Source of the DNA: Cycas panzhihuaensis
Taxonomy: Eukaryota; Plantae; Cycadophyta
DNA length: 64,000 bases
NCBI GenBank assembly: GCA_023213395.1
Contig: CM041465.1
Span: 233,871,741-233,935,740 of the forward strand
Direction of reading: 5' to 3'
In this document: piece by piece, positions 13,300-28,699 of the stretch
Layout: every line of letters starts with the position of its first letter
Numbering within the stretch: position 1 is the first letter of the stretch
The notes under the pieces: generated by a model
Told to the model about the DNA's origin: nothing
Database searches by the model: none
The model's input: the letters and a program-made list of their open reading frames with translations, nothing else
Program-made: the position numbers and the translations under genes

Positions 13300-14100
13300 T
13301 TATAGTGTTATATTACTAAAATGCTCCAAAAAAATTTGAAAACTTCCACTACTTCTTCATTATTTGTTGGCTTCCACCTTTAGCTTGGAGATTGGAGTCA
13401 TTTCACTATTGGAGATCTATACAATCAAACTTATATACCACCATAATTTCTCTTTAATTGAGAGTTGGGGTAACACAACCCATACTATTTACAATACTTT
13501 TCATTTCTAATTGTTGTTTGATTTTTTATCTTTTAACCATTTGATGATTTACCACTTAGTTTCTTTTTCATATACTTTGTATATTTCACTCTTCTCTTGG
13601 TTGGAAGTGTCTTGTAGAGAGAAATGAGGCCAAACAATATCCATCAAGCTCTGAATATAGTGGTAACCCCATCAATTATTAGACACCATTCACTACATCT
13701 TGCTTTTGCCTTTAAATTGCTACTTTCATTTCAATTTGTAGCCCTTTTAGTTGATGAAATATTAATGTTTTATTATATGTACTTACACAGTAGGTGGTGG
13801 AGCACTTTAACCCATTTTCTTATAAGTTAAAGACTTTAAAAGTAAGCTAGAAACTCCCTCTTACTTTCTCACTTTTCTCACTAAATGTTAGTGCCTACTA
13901 TACAATGGATGCACTACCTAATTTTCACTAACTTCATTAAAAATGCATGATTTTCAAAATTCATTTCAAACTTATTTTTTGGCATTTCAAGTCATAGCAT
14001 AAATATTTCTCTAACATAAGTTAATCTAATAAGCAAAAATCCTACTAATTTTCTTTAGAACTTGTGAATTTATCATGATATTAACCTTGATTGTTGCTCC
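13300..14100 (-). mobile_element. Very decayed copia remnant (possibly Bianca-like protease region)
   Basis: Minus frame near 13650-13715 reads ...SEWCLIIDGVTTI, resembling CLIDSATTHTIL; little else is recognisable. Confidence 0.25.
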
Positions 14101-17015
14101 TTTACCAAACTTACATTTTGAGGCTTTAGATTTCTAAGAAAAAGGTTTATTAAGTCATTTGGAGTAAAACTCCAAGTGTTCTCCTTCAAACCCCCTTTTA
14201 TAGACTTCTTTTCCTAAAAATAAAAAGGCCTAAAGTGTAATTTCAATAATAGATTTCATTTTGAAACTTAAAAGAAAAAGAGAACAAACACTTGCTTGTA
14301 TGCTTCTCATACCTGCATTCTTCTCTATTTAGTTTACATGTAGTTAAATTCTTTTATAAAAATAAAAGAGATTTAATATAACCAGGAAAAAAAGGAAGAA
14401 AATGAATTTGCAATTTCATTTTTACATTTGCATCCTACTTGTGATTGTGCCCTTAATGAAGGTTAAATAGAGTAGAAATCCATACTTATTATGAGTACTC
14501 AAATCTACTGGGCTAAAAGACTCTTTGTAGATTAGTTTTATTTATGTTTTTTCATTTAACTAAAACAATATATTAGCTACGTTATAGATTTTCTTGATTG
14601 CATCTTGTAGTCCTCTTTTAGGATAGTGTTGTTCTTCTACCAAAGAGGAGGGGCCACTACCTTTGTATGTGGGTTTCATCATTAGATGAGAGAGGTGTTC
14701 TTATGCCTTTAGATGGATCAAGTCCTTTGATTTATATTCTAAATGGTCCTATGGAGGGTGTCTATCTTAACCATATACTCATGTGTGGGGTGTCGATAGC
14801 TGAGTGAACTTTATTTATCCTATCAAAATTGATGACATATTCTATTTCACCTCTTAGAGCTCAAGGTTTATTATAGTCAAATGCAGGTATTATCATATTG
14901 CCTCACACTTATTGTAAGAAGGGTCACTAGAATTAATGAGTCCTCACTATCTTATCCATGAACAAATACATTCTATACTCCTAACTCATTTAAGTCTCTT
15001 ACTTTGGTTAGTTATTTCTTATATTTCTAGATTGAGTCCATCATCTTAGGGTCATTTAGAAGTATGGGTCAAGATAAGTTGTTCCATCTTAGGTGTAGTA
15101 GTTATGTTATGTTAGGTACATAGACACAATTATATTTGGGGCATATATGCCTTAGTGACACCCTTATATTTTGAGGGACCTTTTATTAGGTATTGTTTGT
15201 TCCCTCTAAGGGCACTTATTATTGGATAGATCAATGTTATCCCTATGTTTTCACTTAGTTAGCATTTCATCTTTTCTTTTATTTTTATGCATCATTGATT
15301 TCTCATGTGTTTGCTTGCATTACTTGCTTATTAATTAGTAATTTATTACTTTCTTTTAGGCTTGTTCCCTAATTTTTCCCTTTTTCCATCTGCATACACT
15401 TATATATTACCTCCTAGTCTAGAATTATTTTCCTTTTATCTTTGCACTCATATCTATAATGTGCATAAGTGCCCCATAGGAGCCATAAGCTTATTCCAAT
15501 CTCAACTCAAATCTCCATTGCCCTTAGGTCTACTATTAGGTCATGCATTTGTACCTCCCCTCCCATGCATCGATATTCATAAATCTTAGTCATCTTGCAA
15601 ATGAAAACTAAGTTAGGAGGAATGATACTATGAACATAGTTATTGATAAATCATAATGAAATAAAAATTTATTTTATTCAAGTTTGAGTGCTTACACTTC
15701 AAATAATTAATGGTATATTAATTCTCTTTATTCCATATGTGTATTTGATTCTAAAGACATTTGATTCTATAATTGCATCATATCTTCTATGGACTTTAGT
15801 TTAACAAGATGATGAACTATGTATTTGAGGGATATTCTAGCAACTAATGGACACAGTAGTTAGTTATCCATGCATTATAGTTGATATTCATAACTTCATA
15901 TAGACTTCATTCTCATTATGGAAATTGTTTGACCATTTTTTTATCTATAAAATTTTTGTGTAATTGGTTCTTTAGTGATGATTATTAATTTGTCTAAGAT
16001 AATTCTACTAGGTAATAAATGATTTATGGGGGGGGCATTAAATAGGATAATTAGATACATTAGGAAAGGAATAATTAAATATATAGATGTATGCATGGAT
16101 GAAAGAGAACTAATTCTCAAAAGGGGTGGAAAGGGTTTAATATCCATAGAGGTTGAAGTGAAATTATTAGACATGTTTAAGGAATCATAAAAAGGATGAA
16201 GAACATGGGAAAAAATTACACTACCGAGGTTATCTTAGTTTTTTATGGTCATACCCTAACATCTAAGTTTCTACCCAAATAAGAAAATCAAATAAACTTT
16301 TACCACAAGGTCATTAGGAAAATATTATTCATTACTTTAAAATTTTTAGGAGGAAGGAGATGATATTAAAAATTTTTGAATTAATTTGGTTGAGTGAGGG
16401 CACTTGATGATTTAGTGATGAGGAAGATGTGTTCACTTAATTTTAAAGACATTTGATACTACAATTATGATTGAAAACTAGGAGATAATGATTAGAAAAA
16501 AATTATCATAATAGGATCACTAAGATTGTGACCTAGTTTTATAGCCTAGTATAGTCATAAAAGATCATGACCTTACTTTAAAAAGAATAATATAATCACA
16601 ATTAGTCATATAATATTATGAACAACATAACTTTATTATATAATATGGTTAGTTAAAGAATTATTATAAGTTTATTAGTTTAGAGTTAGTCAAAACATAG
16701 TTGGAAAACTATTAAAAAGAAAAGACTATAAAAGTAGAACACATTATATGTGTGAGAATATAGATTAGCTTTTCTCTTTTCTTCATTATATCTTCCATGG
16801 GGTGATAGATTGAAGGCCTTGATCTATTGTACTTTGGGCATATATTTGACCCTTCCCAAGCTACTGTAGTCCCCTCCTAGTAATATAATATGGTTTACCT
16901 TTTATTCTAGTATAGTTAACATGTTTACATATTAGTATTCTATTATGTATTTCTTCTTGCTTGGTTGACTAACTAGTGAACAAGAAAAGAACACATTTCA
17001 CACACATCTTATAAC

Positions 17016-17671
17016 ACTAATTTGTTTTCAAAGATTGAAAGGGATGGAAAGAAATACAAGGTTGTTTTTTGTGATAATAATAATTAAGAAATTCAATGAC
17101 AAGGTGTTATTTCTATTCAAATAGATAATGGAGAAATTAAAATTATTTGTGACATCTTACTTGTATCTAGTTTAGAGAAAAATTAGTTATCTATTAGTTA
17201 AATGATGGAATAATAATATAGGTTGGTGTTTAATAATGGTAAATGTGAAATTAGTAATAAGTCAAATAATGGTATGATTATAGTTAAAAGTTAAATGGCT
17301 CAAGATAGAGTATTCAAACTTATACTTTCTCTATAAACTCATGTCTTGAATGCTTCAATTATTAATGATAGTGTTCTTTGACATCATTAATATGGTCATC
17401 TCAATTATTATGTACTTGTTATACTAAGGAAGAAGGAAAAGGTTAAAGGGCTTACATTCATTCAAGGTAATAATGATATATATGAAGGATGTCTTTATAG
17501 AAAACAACATAGAGATAACTTTCTAAAATTATAATACCGAGTTTGTTATCCTTTAAAGTTGGTACAAGTTGATCTATGTGGTCCTATTAAGACTTTATCA
17601 TTTAGAAATATAAGATACTTTATGATATTGGTTAATAATTTTATAAAAAAGTTCTAGATTTACTTTCTTAA
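17016..17671 (+). pseudogene. Copia pol fragment (protease C-half, GAG-pre-integrase, integrase N-terminus)
   Basis: Reads KVVFCDNN..QGVISIQIDNGEIKIICDILLVSSLEKN, L*HH*YGHLNY, EGCLYRKQHR, LKLVQVDLCGP, RYFMILVNNFIKKF*IYFLK. Confidence 0.8.
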
Positions 17672-17767
17672 GGTGGTCATAGATAAATTAACCAAATTAA
17701 CTTGCTTTATTCTAGTTCTTGCTATATATATTATACTAGATATTATAACCATATTTGTGAAGGAAAT
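17672..17767 (+). pseudogene. Gypsy integrase core fragment
   Basis: VVIDKLTKLTCFILV...IFVKEI, cf. VVVDRLTKSAHFIPV...FVKEI. Confidence 0.65.
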
Positions 17768-20700
17768 TATTACATAATTAATGGCTATTAGTAGTACTTA
17801 ATTGCTAACATTTGACTAAGGAATTTGAACATGAATGCTAGCCATTACCTTTTATGCATGGCCTATTTACTCTCACTAATATAATTAGAGCTTACTTACA
17901 GCAACTAATGGGATTCAAAGGAAGACATTATTGTTGTTTATTTAAGGCCCTTATAAATGTAACCTTATTAGGATGTATTATAAACTCTTGCAAATACCAT
18001 ACTACAGTGTGATATTTAGTGTCTTTTCTATATCCATCTCTATAAATTTCCCTCCTTATTAAATAAAAGTGCTTGATTCGCTACCATAAACTTTATGTAT
18101 TATGTCCTTTGAGATTTCAAGTGTAATATTTATAGAAGAATGCTAAGACAGAATTGTCCCAATTGATATCAAAGCTTATCTTTCTAGTTCATCTAAAGTG
18201 GTAAGGTGTAATTGCAAAGTTATGATATAATATGAGCTAAAAAATTAAGAAGTTTTTTTTTCCTATGGTGGAAAATTTGAAAACCCTCTCTTTGATTTAT
18301 TTTTTAATCCAATTATTACTTTTTGTTTGTATACTCTCTCTATGCCGCTCTCTTATCATTTCTAAAGAGTGAGGAGAGGCAATAAGCCTTTCTATAACCT
18401 TTTTATTTTTTGTAGAGTTTAAGTAGATATCTTATTCCAGGGATCTTTAAACATTCATGGGTAGTTATTATTTTTGGGTAAGCATGCTTGGGTATATGTC
18501 AATATGTGAAGTGAAATATGCTACTTACTTACACAAACCTTAGACAACACCTATATTTAAAAGTGAGTATCTATGTACATTTGAGGATATAGGAGGACCA
18601 TTTTAGGCTCCCTTTCCTAACTTAGAATAGGAAATTTGTCAACTACCTACAAATCTCTAATGCACTAGTTAGAGGTTAACACCAAGAAGTTACCGTTCTC
18701 AAATACCTTAGCATGACTATCATAGCTATGGGTATGGTGATCCTATGTAGTTAGTACCCTAAGATATTAGGCTAGGAGTTAGTAATGGATGAGAACTTTA
18801 GTGAAGGGACTATAGACCAAGCAAGCCCTATGTTAGAAGTTTGCTTAAAGTTAGTCGCTAAAATATTGATGTGTATTGATAAAATTTATTATTAAAATAT
18901 AATAAGTAAGTTAAATTCTATTATCAACAAAATATAAGGTATAAAATTTATCAAGTAACTATAGTCCCACATTACAACAACCACAACGAGTTATTTAAAC
19001 CATATTCATATACTCTTTCCTATCTAAACCTTCAACTATAAGTCCAAAAGTTATTATTAAAAAAAAAGGAAAGAAGAAGAAGATAAAAGAAAATTACCTA
19101 TAGCTTTATACCTCCACAAGGTCACTTTTATATTCTATAGGGTCACATCTACATAAATTACTTTCTTAGACTCAAAACTTATACTAGTTGTTTAGGCATT
19201 AAGGGAAAAAAAGAAAAGGCCCACACCTCAAATTTTATCTTTATTTTTTATACATCTTTTTTTAATATCAAATTACACTAATAATTTTTCATTATAGGTT
19301 AGATTTAACCCAAATATTTAGGGAAAATGACATGCAGACACCTCATGGGCCCCACAAATATATTTTCACACTTAAAAATCACCTACCTCATTTTGATGAG
19401 CTCTTAGTATTTATTTGAGTGCACTAAGTGAAATTTATTATAAATTTTTTGGGGTTAATAAGCCATAGACACCCTCCTTCTCTACATCACTTCTAGTTCT
19501 TTAAGTCTCATTTTGCTTATCTACTTCCCAATTTGAGAAGTCTCTTTAATGTTTCTACTCTCATTTTTATTCCACCCCTTCTTCCTTTTTGAATCCCTCT
19601 TCTTGGGATCTCTTTTTGTCCATATGATACCCTCCATATAAGCTAATTAAATCATTACATTAAAGACCTAATTCATCAACCTCAAGAATGATATGGCCAC
19701 AAAGAATGACTTGGCTCATCTCATAAATAAAGTTACAAAGATGTCCACTCAAATATCAAATATAACATCTACATCCAACTTGACTGGTACTTTATATATA
19801 ATAAGCAACCCTCCTCTACCTCTAAGTATACCACCATGACAATAACTGCAACAACACAAAATTAATATACCAACATTTGGCCTAAATCTTAATAAGGACA
19901 GTGTAAGGATATGGATAAGTAAGTTAGAATCCTAATTTTCACTTAATCTCATATTTATCAATGACTAGTTAACATTTGCATCTATTCTCCTTAATGGCAA
20001 GGTGCATCATTGATTTGATTGGTGATAATGGGAGTATCCAACTAATCAAATGTGGGTACAATTTTATAAAAGTTTCTTTGAATAATATGAAGACATATGG
20101 AACCAATCTTTTTCAAGTCAACTCACTCAACTAAAGTAAATAAAATAGATGGAAGCTTATACAAAAGAGCTAGACTTTATAGAATTGGATAAGCCAACCA
20201 TTAGATCAATAAACAATCATTGATATATATGTGTTAAGTCTTAAGGAGCTTATTTAAATATATCTAAAAATATTTTTACTAAGAAAATTAAGATAGGCTA
20301 TAACCATGACTAAGGCCATTGAGGCCAAGTTTATAATAAAATAGATATCTACCTTTCATTGTGATTTTACATGGTACTAGTAGCCCTAATAGGTAGACCC
20401 TCAATATTAATAACTATGATTGGATGAGCCACAATATCCCTTAGTAGAGAACTCATCAATGGAGCCATTATTAAGATCATTTTATGTGCCATATACAGAA
20501 GTAAGTAGATGTAAGAAAGTTGGCCTCTACATCCAATGCTAAGAGTAATGGACCCCCAGTCATAACAAAGTCTACAAGGATAAATGTATAGTATTCACCA
20601 TGACCTTAATATGTCCCTTAAGGAAGATCCTAACTCTAACCATGAACTAGATGAGAAATCATCCCCAGAGATTTTCCTAACCCCTAAGGTAGAAATATGT

Positions 20701-23700
20701 TTGTCTATTATGTCTTCTCTATCTTGCTTAAAGCCACTTCATGTCAAGGGCATACTTAAAAAAAATCTCATCACTATTTTGATTGAAAGTAGTGCATCAC
20801 TTAACTGTATTAATATATTTTTTACTAGGCAACTTAACTTGTACATTAAACTAAAAAATGAGTTCACTTACTTCTTACTAAGATTTCACACCCTCTATTA
20901 TATTGAAACAATAAATATTATTTATATCCATATTGGTACCTATTATTTGATCTTAGATTTTTATGCCTTATCTATTGGATGATCATATTCTATCATTAGG
21001 GTTTAATAGCTCCAAACTCTTAGAACTTATAGTACCAATAACTCCCATAATAATTTATTTATATCACTTAAAGATCGTATGGGTCAAACACATAAACTTC
21101 ATAATTTGTGACCTCCCCCCAATAAACTAATATCCCCAAATTTAATACACAAATAACTAAATAGTAATGTTAGATATATAGTGCATATTAATAATATTTA
21201 ATTATACATTAACACTTATATGGACATCTAGAAAGATTCTTACCAAGTATTAGTCAGTCTTAATCCCCCTTTCAAATAGCCCCCCTTAGATTGTGGATAT
21301 TACCACACCATTAAACTCAAACCCCCCATGATTCCATCAAGCCTAAGTCATATCAATTTTTCTTTTTTTTAATTGAAAAGATTATAAATTAGCTAACAAA
21401 TATAAAGATCATCTAGCCCAATAAAAGCCCCTATGTTGCCCCTGAAATGCATGTGACTAGGAGGTAGATTGTAAATAACTATCCCAATGATAAAACCTAA
21501 GGTGTGGATGTTAAATGCATGGGGAAAGTGAGCTAACAACCCTAAGGAATCCATGCACCTCTTGGATATAGATGAGGAGAAGCACCGCGTTGAGTGATGA
21601 AATAAAAGCTAAACTAGGGTAATGTAAGGATGTGCATATGTGAATAGTCCTATTATTTTAACTATGAGGGCCTATGATAAATTGGGGGGCTAGCACATAT
21701 ACTTATATACAACTATATACCTTTTCGTTTAATGAAAATAATAAGAAACCCTAACTAAGGATATAATATTGGCTCATGGGTTTGGAGATTTACAACCATG
21801 CAATCCCTTCTCTTATTTGAGCTTCTAACTAAGTGACAATGCAAGGACTAATGCATCAAGCATTTTATGTAATGCAATGTGAGTGAGAAAAGAAAATGGG
21901 GACACTTTTTTCTCCTTTTATTTTGGGGGTTTTTCTTATATTTCCCTGTTTTGGGGGTATTTTATCTTTTCAATTAAAAGAGGGAGAAACAAACAAAAAG
22001 TCTACAAAGAAGAAACCCATTGCCTTTTCTCTTTTCCTTTCCCTATACTCTTTTCTCTTTGGGCTTTTTCCTTTCAAAAGAAAAAATAGAAAATGAGGGG
22101 GTGTAGGACAAAAAGGGATTTACCTAAATTATTTTTCTCTTATTCCCTAGATTCATCCTAAAGCCTCCCTTTCTTCTTATTTCCATTTTTTTTTTCTTTT
22201 TTGCTAGAAAGGAAGTAAAGCAAAAGTAAATAGAAAAGAAGACATACCTAGAAATAGTAGAATTTACACATTGGGTAGCATCCTTCCTCAACACATAGTG
22301 TTTGATGCTAAGAAGATGGTCCCAATAGAATGGGCATGCACTATTATGCAAATCTAAAGTGAATCTGGTAGTATTTATGCTTGTTGGATATGCTTATGAT
22401 ATGGGAAATAATATAGCAAGAACTCCAAAATATGGAAATATGAACTAAAGCTCAACAAGAAAACATACCTTTTCAAGAGTCATTACTAAAAAGGGATTTT
22501 AGTAGATAAACCCAAGATCTTGGCCAATGGTAGGGAGATATTTTGACCTCCTTCCTTCCTATAATAGAGTCAGTATACCTACAAGATAATTACTAGCCAA
22601 GAGTACAATGAAACATGCATAATATCTCTAACATATAATATAACCAGAGGTGAGCCAAAGAGGTATCTAAAGTAACTAGAAAAAAAAAAGTGGAGAGAGC
22701 CCCTGAATGGCCTAATGTCCCCCTAATATGGTAGACTCCCTAAGAACTCCTTGAGTGCTATCTCCCTTTGTAGCTTCCTCATTAACTTGTGGAGAAATAA
22801 GCATGAAATGGGCTAAAAAGGGAAGATGTTGTAGAAGGGAAATGATTAAGCAATAATCGGCATGCCAAATAAAGAAAGATAATATGAAAATAGATAACAA
22901 AACACATGGAACACTTACCAAGAGATCAAAGGAGGACGTTTACCTCTTTCTTGATTGGTGGAGATGGCCAATGGTTATAAAACTCCTCTCTAAGACTCAC
23001 TCTTATTACTAAAAGTATGTACTCCTAAGGATTCAATCACAAAGGAGATGTATGGACCAAGGGTGCCTAATTATCATGGAATTTTAGTAGTATAATGGTG
23101 TGTATTATTTCTTAACTTGATATGCCCTTCCAATGGAAAAATTAAGGAGATTTATCGATGAGAGTAAGTAGGGAAGTGGTTTTCATACCATGATGTGGGA
23201 GAAAACTATGGGACAAGTCCATGAGTCTTGCTCATGGATTTAGACCAAAACCATATGGAGATTCTCAAACTTAGGTGTGATTTGGCCTCTTAGGCCACCT
23301 AAATTTGATAGGTGTTAATATAGGGCTAATACAAACTATCCTAAACTATCACATAAGTATTATAAGTTGATTATCATTGATAGACTTGAATCTGGGTTGA
23401 TAACGGTCATACTATGAAGATATTTGTGGTACCTCCAAGTTATTCGCAGCACTATGAAGTAATTTATGATACTATGAAATACTTTATGGTACCATTATTG
23501 CATGTAAAACATGCAACAATTTAGTAATAGACTTAAATTTTTAGTGAAAAACTCATAAAAGCAAGCCAAAAACTCATTAATATAGAGACCTGGGTGTAGA
23601 CACAATTAACATAAAGTAATAATCAATGAAAAACAATAGGATCAATAGATCAAAATGAGATAAAGAGTGCAAATGGGGTAAATACATTTTCTCACTTAAG

Positions 23701-26690
23701 AAGCACAATGGGTGGACTAACAGTAATTGACCATAGTTGTACTTGTCATTGGCTAAAATATACATGGGCTACTACATATAACAATCAAGTAAACAAAAAT
23801 ATACATCCATTATCTATGGTTATGATATATAAAATTGATGAAATATAAAGAGTAACAAAATATGTCTTCACTCACCTATTTGTTGTAGCATACATACCAT
23901 TCCCAAAAGCTAAGAAATAACCCCCATAGTCTATATCCAAAAGAAGGATGGCTCTTTTAGCTTTTATGTCAATTATTATAAACTTAATAAAATCACCATA
24001 AAAAGTAAGTTCCCAACCCCAAGGATCAATGATATACTAGATGAGATATACAAGGCCACTATATTCTCCAAATTAGATCTTTAATCATGTTACTACTAAA
24101 TCCTTATTGCCCTTGAAGATTAACATAAGACTACATTTCAAACACATCATAGCTATTTTGAATTCCAAGTTATGACCTTTGGCCTATGTAATAACATGAC
24201 CATATTTCAATCCTTCATGAGTATGATATTCACCCTTTACCTTAAAAATTTTATTATTATTTCCTTTAGTGATATACTTATTTATAACTTAGTCCTATCC
24301 CTCCACCTTCACCATTTAGATGTTTCCCTTTAGATTCTCACCCAACACCAACTCTATTCTAAGCTATCCAAATATGAATTTGGTAAATATGAGTTATAAT
24401 ACCTAGGCTAAATCATTTTTTCAAATGGTCTTTAAGTTGATCCTAATAAAATTCTAGTCATTGCTACTTAGCCTACCCCCAAAAATTCCACCTAATTGCA
24501 TATTACCCTAGGACTCTCAATATTTTACTAGTGATTCATTAAGAATTTTACTTCTCTTCCAACACCATTAACCAATATACTCTATAAGGACTCATTTTAA
24601 TGGTCTTAGACTATAAAGGATGCCTTCAATCACATTGAAATGATGATGACATCTACCCTAGTCCTTACCACCCTATATTCCTCCTAACCCTTCTAACTAA
24701 AATGTAATGCTTTCAAATTTAGTTTAGGAGCCATACTTATGTAGAATTTTCACCTAATTGCAATTAAAATCTCAAAGCTCAAATATCATAAATGTCAACT
24801 ATTAACTTACCAAAAAGAAATGAAGGTTATTCTACATATTATTGATAAGTGGTACTAATATCTACCAGGTTTAAAATTCACTATCCTAACAAACCATCAC
24901 AACCTTTATTGTCTTCTACAATGACTAGTTTTATCAAAGGAACAAGCCAAGCAGATTGATCATCTTTAAGTGTTTGACTTTATCACCTATAAAAAAGAAA
25001 GGATAATATTGTCACAAACACCCTCTCCTACCTTTCCCCTGAACCCATCATTTATGTAATCTCCAAACCCTAGCCTCTGATACCTAAAACCAAATTGACT
25101 ATATCCATTAGACCACCAAAGTCCATAATTAGAAGGATTGGTCCATGTACAATAATCACCTCTTGTATAAGAATTATATTTTTATCCATCCCACATCCTC
25201 TCTATTCCATCCCCTTGGGAGGCCACTTAGGATTTGACAAAATATATCATTATATTTAGTCTAACTTTTATTAGCCCCATATGAAGTCTTATATTCTTAT
25301 GTTTATTTCTAATTTCGATACTTACCAATGAAACAAAATAGATACTAAGGCTCAACTAGGCCTTCTTCAACCCCTATACATTGCCTAAGGTAAATGGCAA
25401 AACATCGTAATGGACTTAATTATAGGCCTATCATCATCTTCCAGATTTAACTTTATCTTAATAATCATTGATAGATTAACTAAGTATGCCTATTTTTTTC
25501 CTATTCACACATCTTATAAAGTGTCCCACCTTACTAATTTATACATCTAGTCCATTCTCTATCTTCATAAATTCTCATCAATAATACTCAGTGATAAAGA
25601 TACCAAATTCATTAACTCATTCTAGTAAGAAATCTTTCTCATATTAGGAAGCTCATTCAATAAGATTTTAGCTTACCATATATAAACTAATGGCTAATTA
25701 AAAGTTCTTAATAAAACTCTCAAAACATACTTACATTACTTTTCCTTAGAACACTAAAATAAATGGACTTCTTAGGTGCCTCTCATGAAATATTAGTATA
25801 ACTCATCTTATCACTTGGTCATTGGCATGTCTCCATTTATGGTTCTTATGGCTACCTCCCACCATCCTACTACACTATAGCCACCAACCTTTGAATGACT
25901 ATAGTCTAGCAAAAACTACAATATATCGATCAAGTTCTTCATACCCTTAAGTAGAACCTAGATTTGTCACATAACTACATGAAACAACTTATTGACTGCC
26001 ACCATTTTGATTGCTCCTTTCCCATTGTTGACTTGGTCTTCCTTTTCCTTTATCCTTATAAGCAATAATCCCTTAATAATAATAATAAAACATAAGCTCA
26101 ACCCTTGATACTATAATCTATATAAGATACTCTAATATATCAGTGAAGCTACTTATACCCTTGAGCTCCCTCCCAACACCAAGATCCACAATGGTTTTTA
26201 TGTTTCATGCATTAAAAAATATTTTCAAAAGACTATAGTCCTATAAACAATCATCTCAATCCTTAATGAAGAGCAACTCTTCATTATTTTAATAAACTGT
26301 ATCTTAACTAGCTTACAATATTGCCTTTAGAATAGGACCATCTCTGACTATGTAGTATAGAGTGTCAACTATGAACTTGAAGAAGTGACATAGAAATTAG
26401 CTAAATTAGTTAAGCAGTAACCATATATTTCTATATTTAAAGAGTCAAGATCTCAGGGGAGGGGACCTATTACATAACGAGTGGCTATTGACAGTACTTG
26501 GATTCTAGCATGTATTCAAGGGACCTAAATGTTAATGCTAAATATTAACTTTTGTGTATAGGTCATTTATTCTCACTAATAGAATTAGAGGTCACTTGAA
26601 ACAACTAATGGGATTTAAAGGAAGAGGCTACTCTTATCTATTTAAGACCCTAGTAAATGTAACCTTATTAGTATACATTGTGAAGTCTAA
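17768..26690 (+). mobile_element. Decayed chromoviral gypsy element, interrupted by a Tat solo LTR; 3' LTR truncated
   Basis: LTR homology 17768-~17990 vs 26468-~26690; PBS-like TGATATCAAAGC ~18165; gag ~19620-20500; PR ILIESSASLNCI ~20775; RT SPYVAP|IVYIQKKDGS; RH; INT; chromodomain-like ~26295-26400; PPT AGGGGAGGGGA before 26468. Confidence 0.8.
21443..23919 (-). repeat. TatII-family solo LTR (~2.48 kb) inserted in the chromovirus RT
   Basis: Homologous to 8464-10857; flanked by GCCCC/ACCCC (4/5 TSD); the RT frame rejoins across it. Confidence 0.85.
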
Positions 26691-27444
26691 TATAATGCTC
26701 TTTTTACTTCATAGTATCTATTCACCCTATATGAGGTAGAAGCCATTCTTTATTCCACTAGGTGTTGGGGGTGTACCATCTAGTTTATATTTTTTTTCTT
26801 ATTCACCTTATGTAAGTTGGTAGCCATATCTTACTTTGCTAAATGTTGGAGATGCACCATCTAGTTAGTCATTTGAGTAGACAATTAGTTTGTGGCATGA
26901 TGTATTTTATCATGTTAGACTTATCTTTTGAATATATTGAATGATGGAACTTATTTTGTTTTAGCTTACATAATAAAAAGGCTAACCATATTGCCTTAAA
27001 TAAGTAGCATAGTTAGGAGAGAATATGATATGAATAAGGGGAGAATAAAGGGATAAGATAATTACAAGGATAGTAAACAAGTACTTAGACCTATAAATAT
27101 TCTTGAGATATTAAATTTAATTGATAATTTGAAAAGAATGATCATAATAAGTGGAATAATGAATTTCAATCTTTCCAATAAGTGGTGTAAGTCCCAAAAT
27201 AAAAACTAGATGAGAAAGTTATCATAGTTCAAAGTTATAGGGTTTAAATCTTACTAATTATAAATTTAGGAAAAAATCATTAACCTAATAACTTTGAATG
27301 GATAAAATATTATCTTAAACTATTTTTTAGTCTTATATGATTATTCCATAATAAAGATCATGTTGAGATCTTTTTTATGAGTGGTATAACTCCAAAATCA
27401 AACATTGTATGAGAAAGTTATAATCATTTAAAGTTAGCCTATTA

Positions 27445-27580
27445 TGTCAAGACTTTTAAGTCGAGACCTACATGTTGAGACTTTCATACTAAAATCTTTA
27501 TGTTGAGACCTTTATATCAAAGCCTTCATATAAATCCTTTTCATGTTAAGACTTTGTGGTCAAACATTTTATGTCAATTT
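27445..27580. repeat. ~10 x 14-bp degenerate tandem repeat (TGTYGAGACYTTYA-like)
   Basis: Visible periodicity within an LTR-like region. Confidence 0.65.
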
Positions 27581-28699
27581 TTCTTTATAACTAAGTTTAC
27601 CTCATCACAAGAGGTTAAGCTCTTAAGAAAATATAACACTTCACTAAAATGCACATAACTCTTTCAATACTTGGCCATTTTTCTTACTACACCTATCAGT
27701 TTGAAGCTCTTTAAAAGTTCTATCTATATATGTAAAAATATTCTATCTCTAGTAAATATTTAAATTGACATTTTTATGTTTTCTTAAGGAACTCACTTAG
27801 TTAAGTGAAAAATCACTTCTAAATAACCTTCTATTATTTTTATGATATCTCATTCATTTGAAGTTAGATTTTGAAAATTCTATTTACGTTAGAATCTAAT
27901 TCAAAGGCACTTATATCCATATAATTAAATTTAATTTTACACACCCATAAAGTGTTCCTATTATCTTGAAATATGGAAAAGATATGTAGTAGTTATGTGA
28001 AGAGTAGTTAACAAACTTTCATAATTTCATTCATGATTTTACTATTAGTTGATGAAATTTCATTAAATCAAACTTATTGGAATAATAATAAAATCCTCTA
28101 AATACTTGGTTAATTAAAGGCAATTAAAGGGCTCCATATATGAGGATATTTTTAGAGACAGAGGTAGTTGATAGTTAATAGTTATACCAATAGTGGCAAT
28201 TGTGAGTGTATTTTGAAGGCCATTATGTGTATCATTTCAACCGCTAAGCTTAGATTCTCCTCTCCACATTAATGGCATTTATGATAGAGAATAGAAGGAT
28301 TCCTAAAGAGGGTATAAATTGGAAATTATGAGGAAATATATATATATTTTAAAGTTTCTGACTTTAGACACTTAAGTTTTGGGGGAGGAATTTATGATGT
28401 AAAGGGAGCTTTTGATGAAAGGAGCAGATTATATGATAGAACAAAGAGCAATTAGCCAATGTTGATGAGATTATATAGGGATTTCTATATTAATCTTTGA
28501 TGCAATAATGAAAGGGTGGTGTTTAGATGTTTTCATAGAAATTTAGTGAATTATCCACACGTGTATTATGTTTTATAATATCCAAGAGGTTAAGAGTATA
28601 AACTGTATTACAAAAGAACACTTGGGATAAAAATTTTCTTCTTATAAATTATTACTACAAAATTGAGAAGAGCATCCCAAGAAGAGATCACATTGAGAA

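Noticed and set aside
15690-16200. Possible copia protease remnant (WYINS...HMC)
   Set aside because: Too degenerate to support boundaries or identity.
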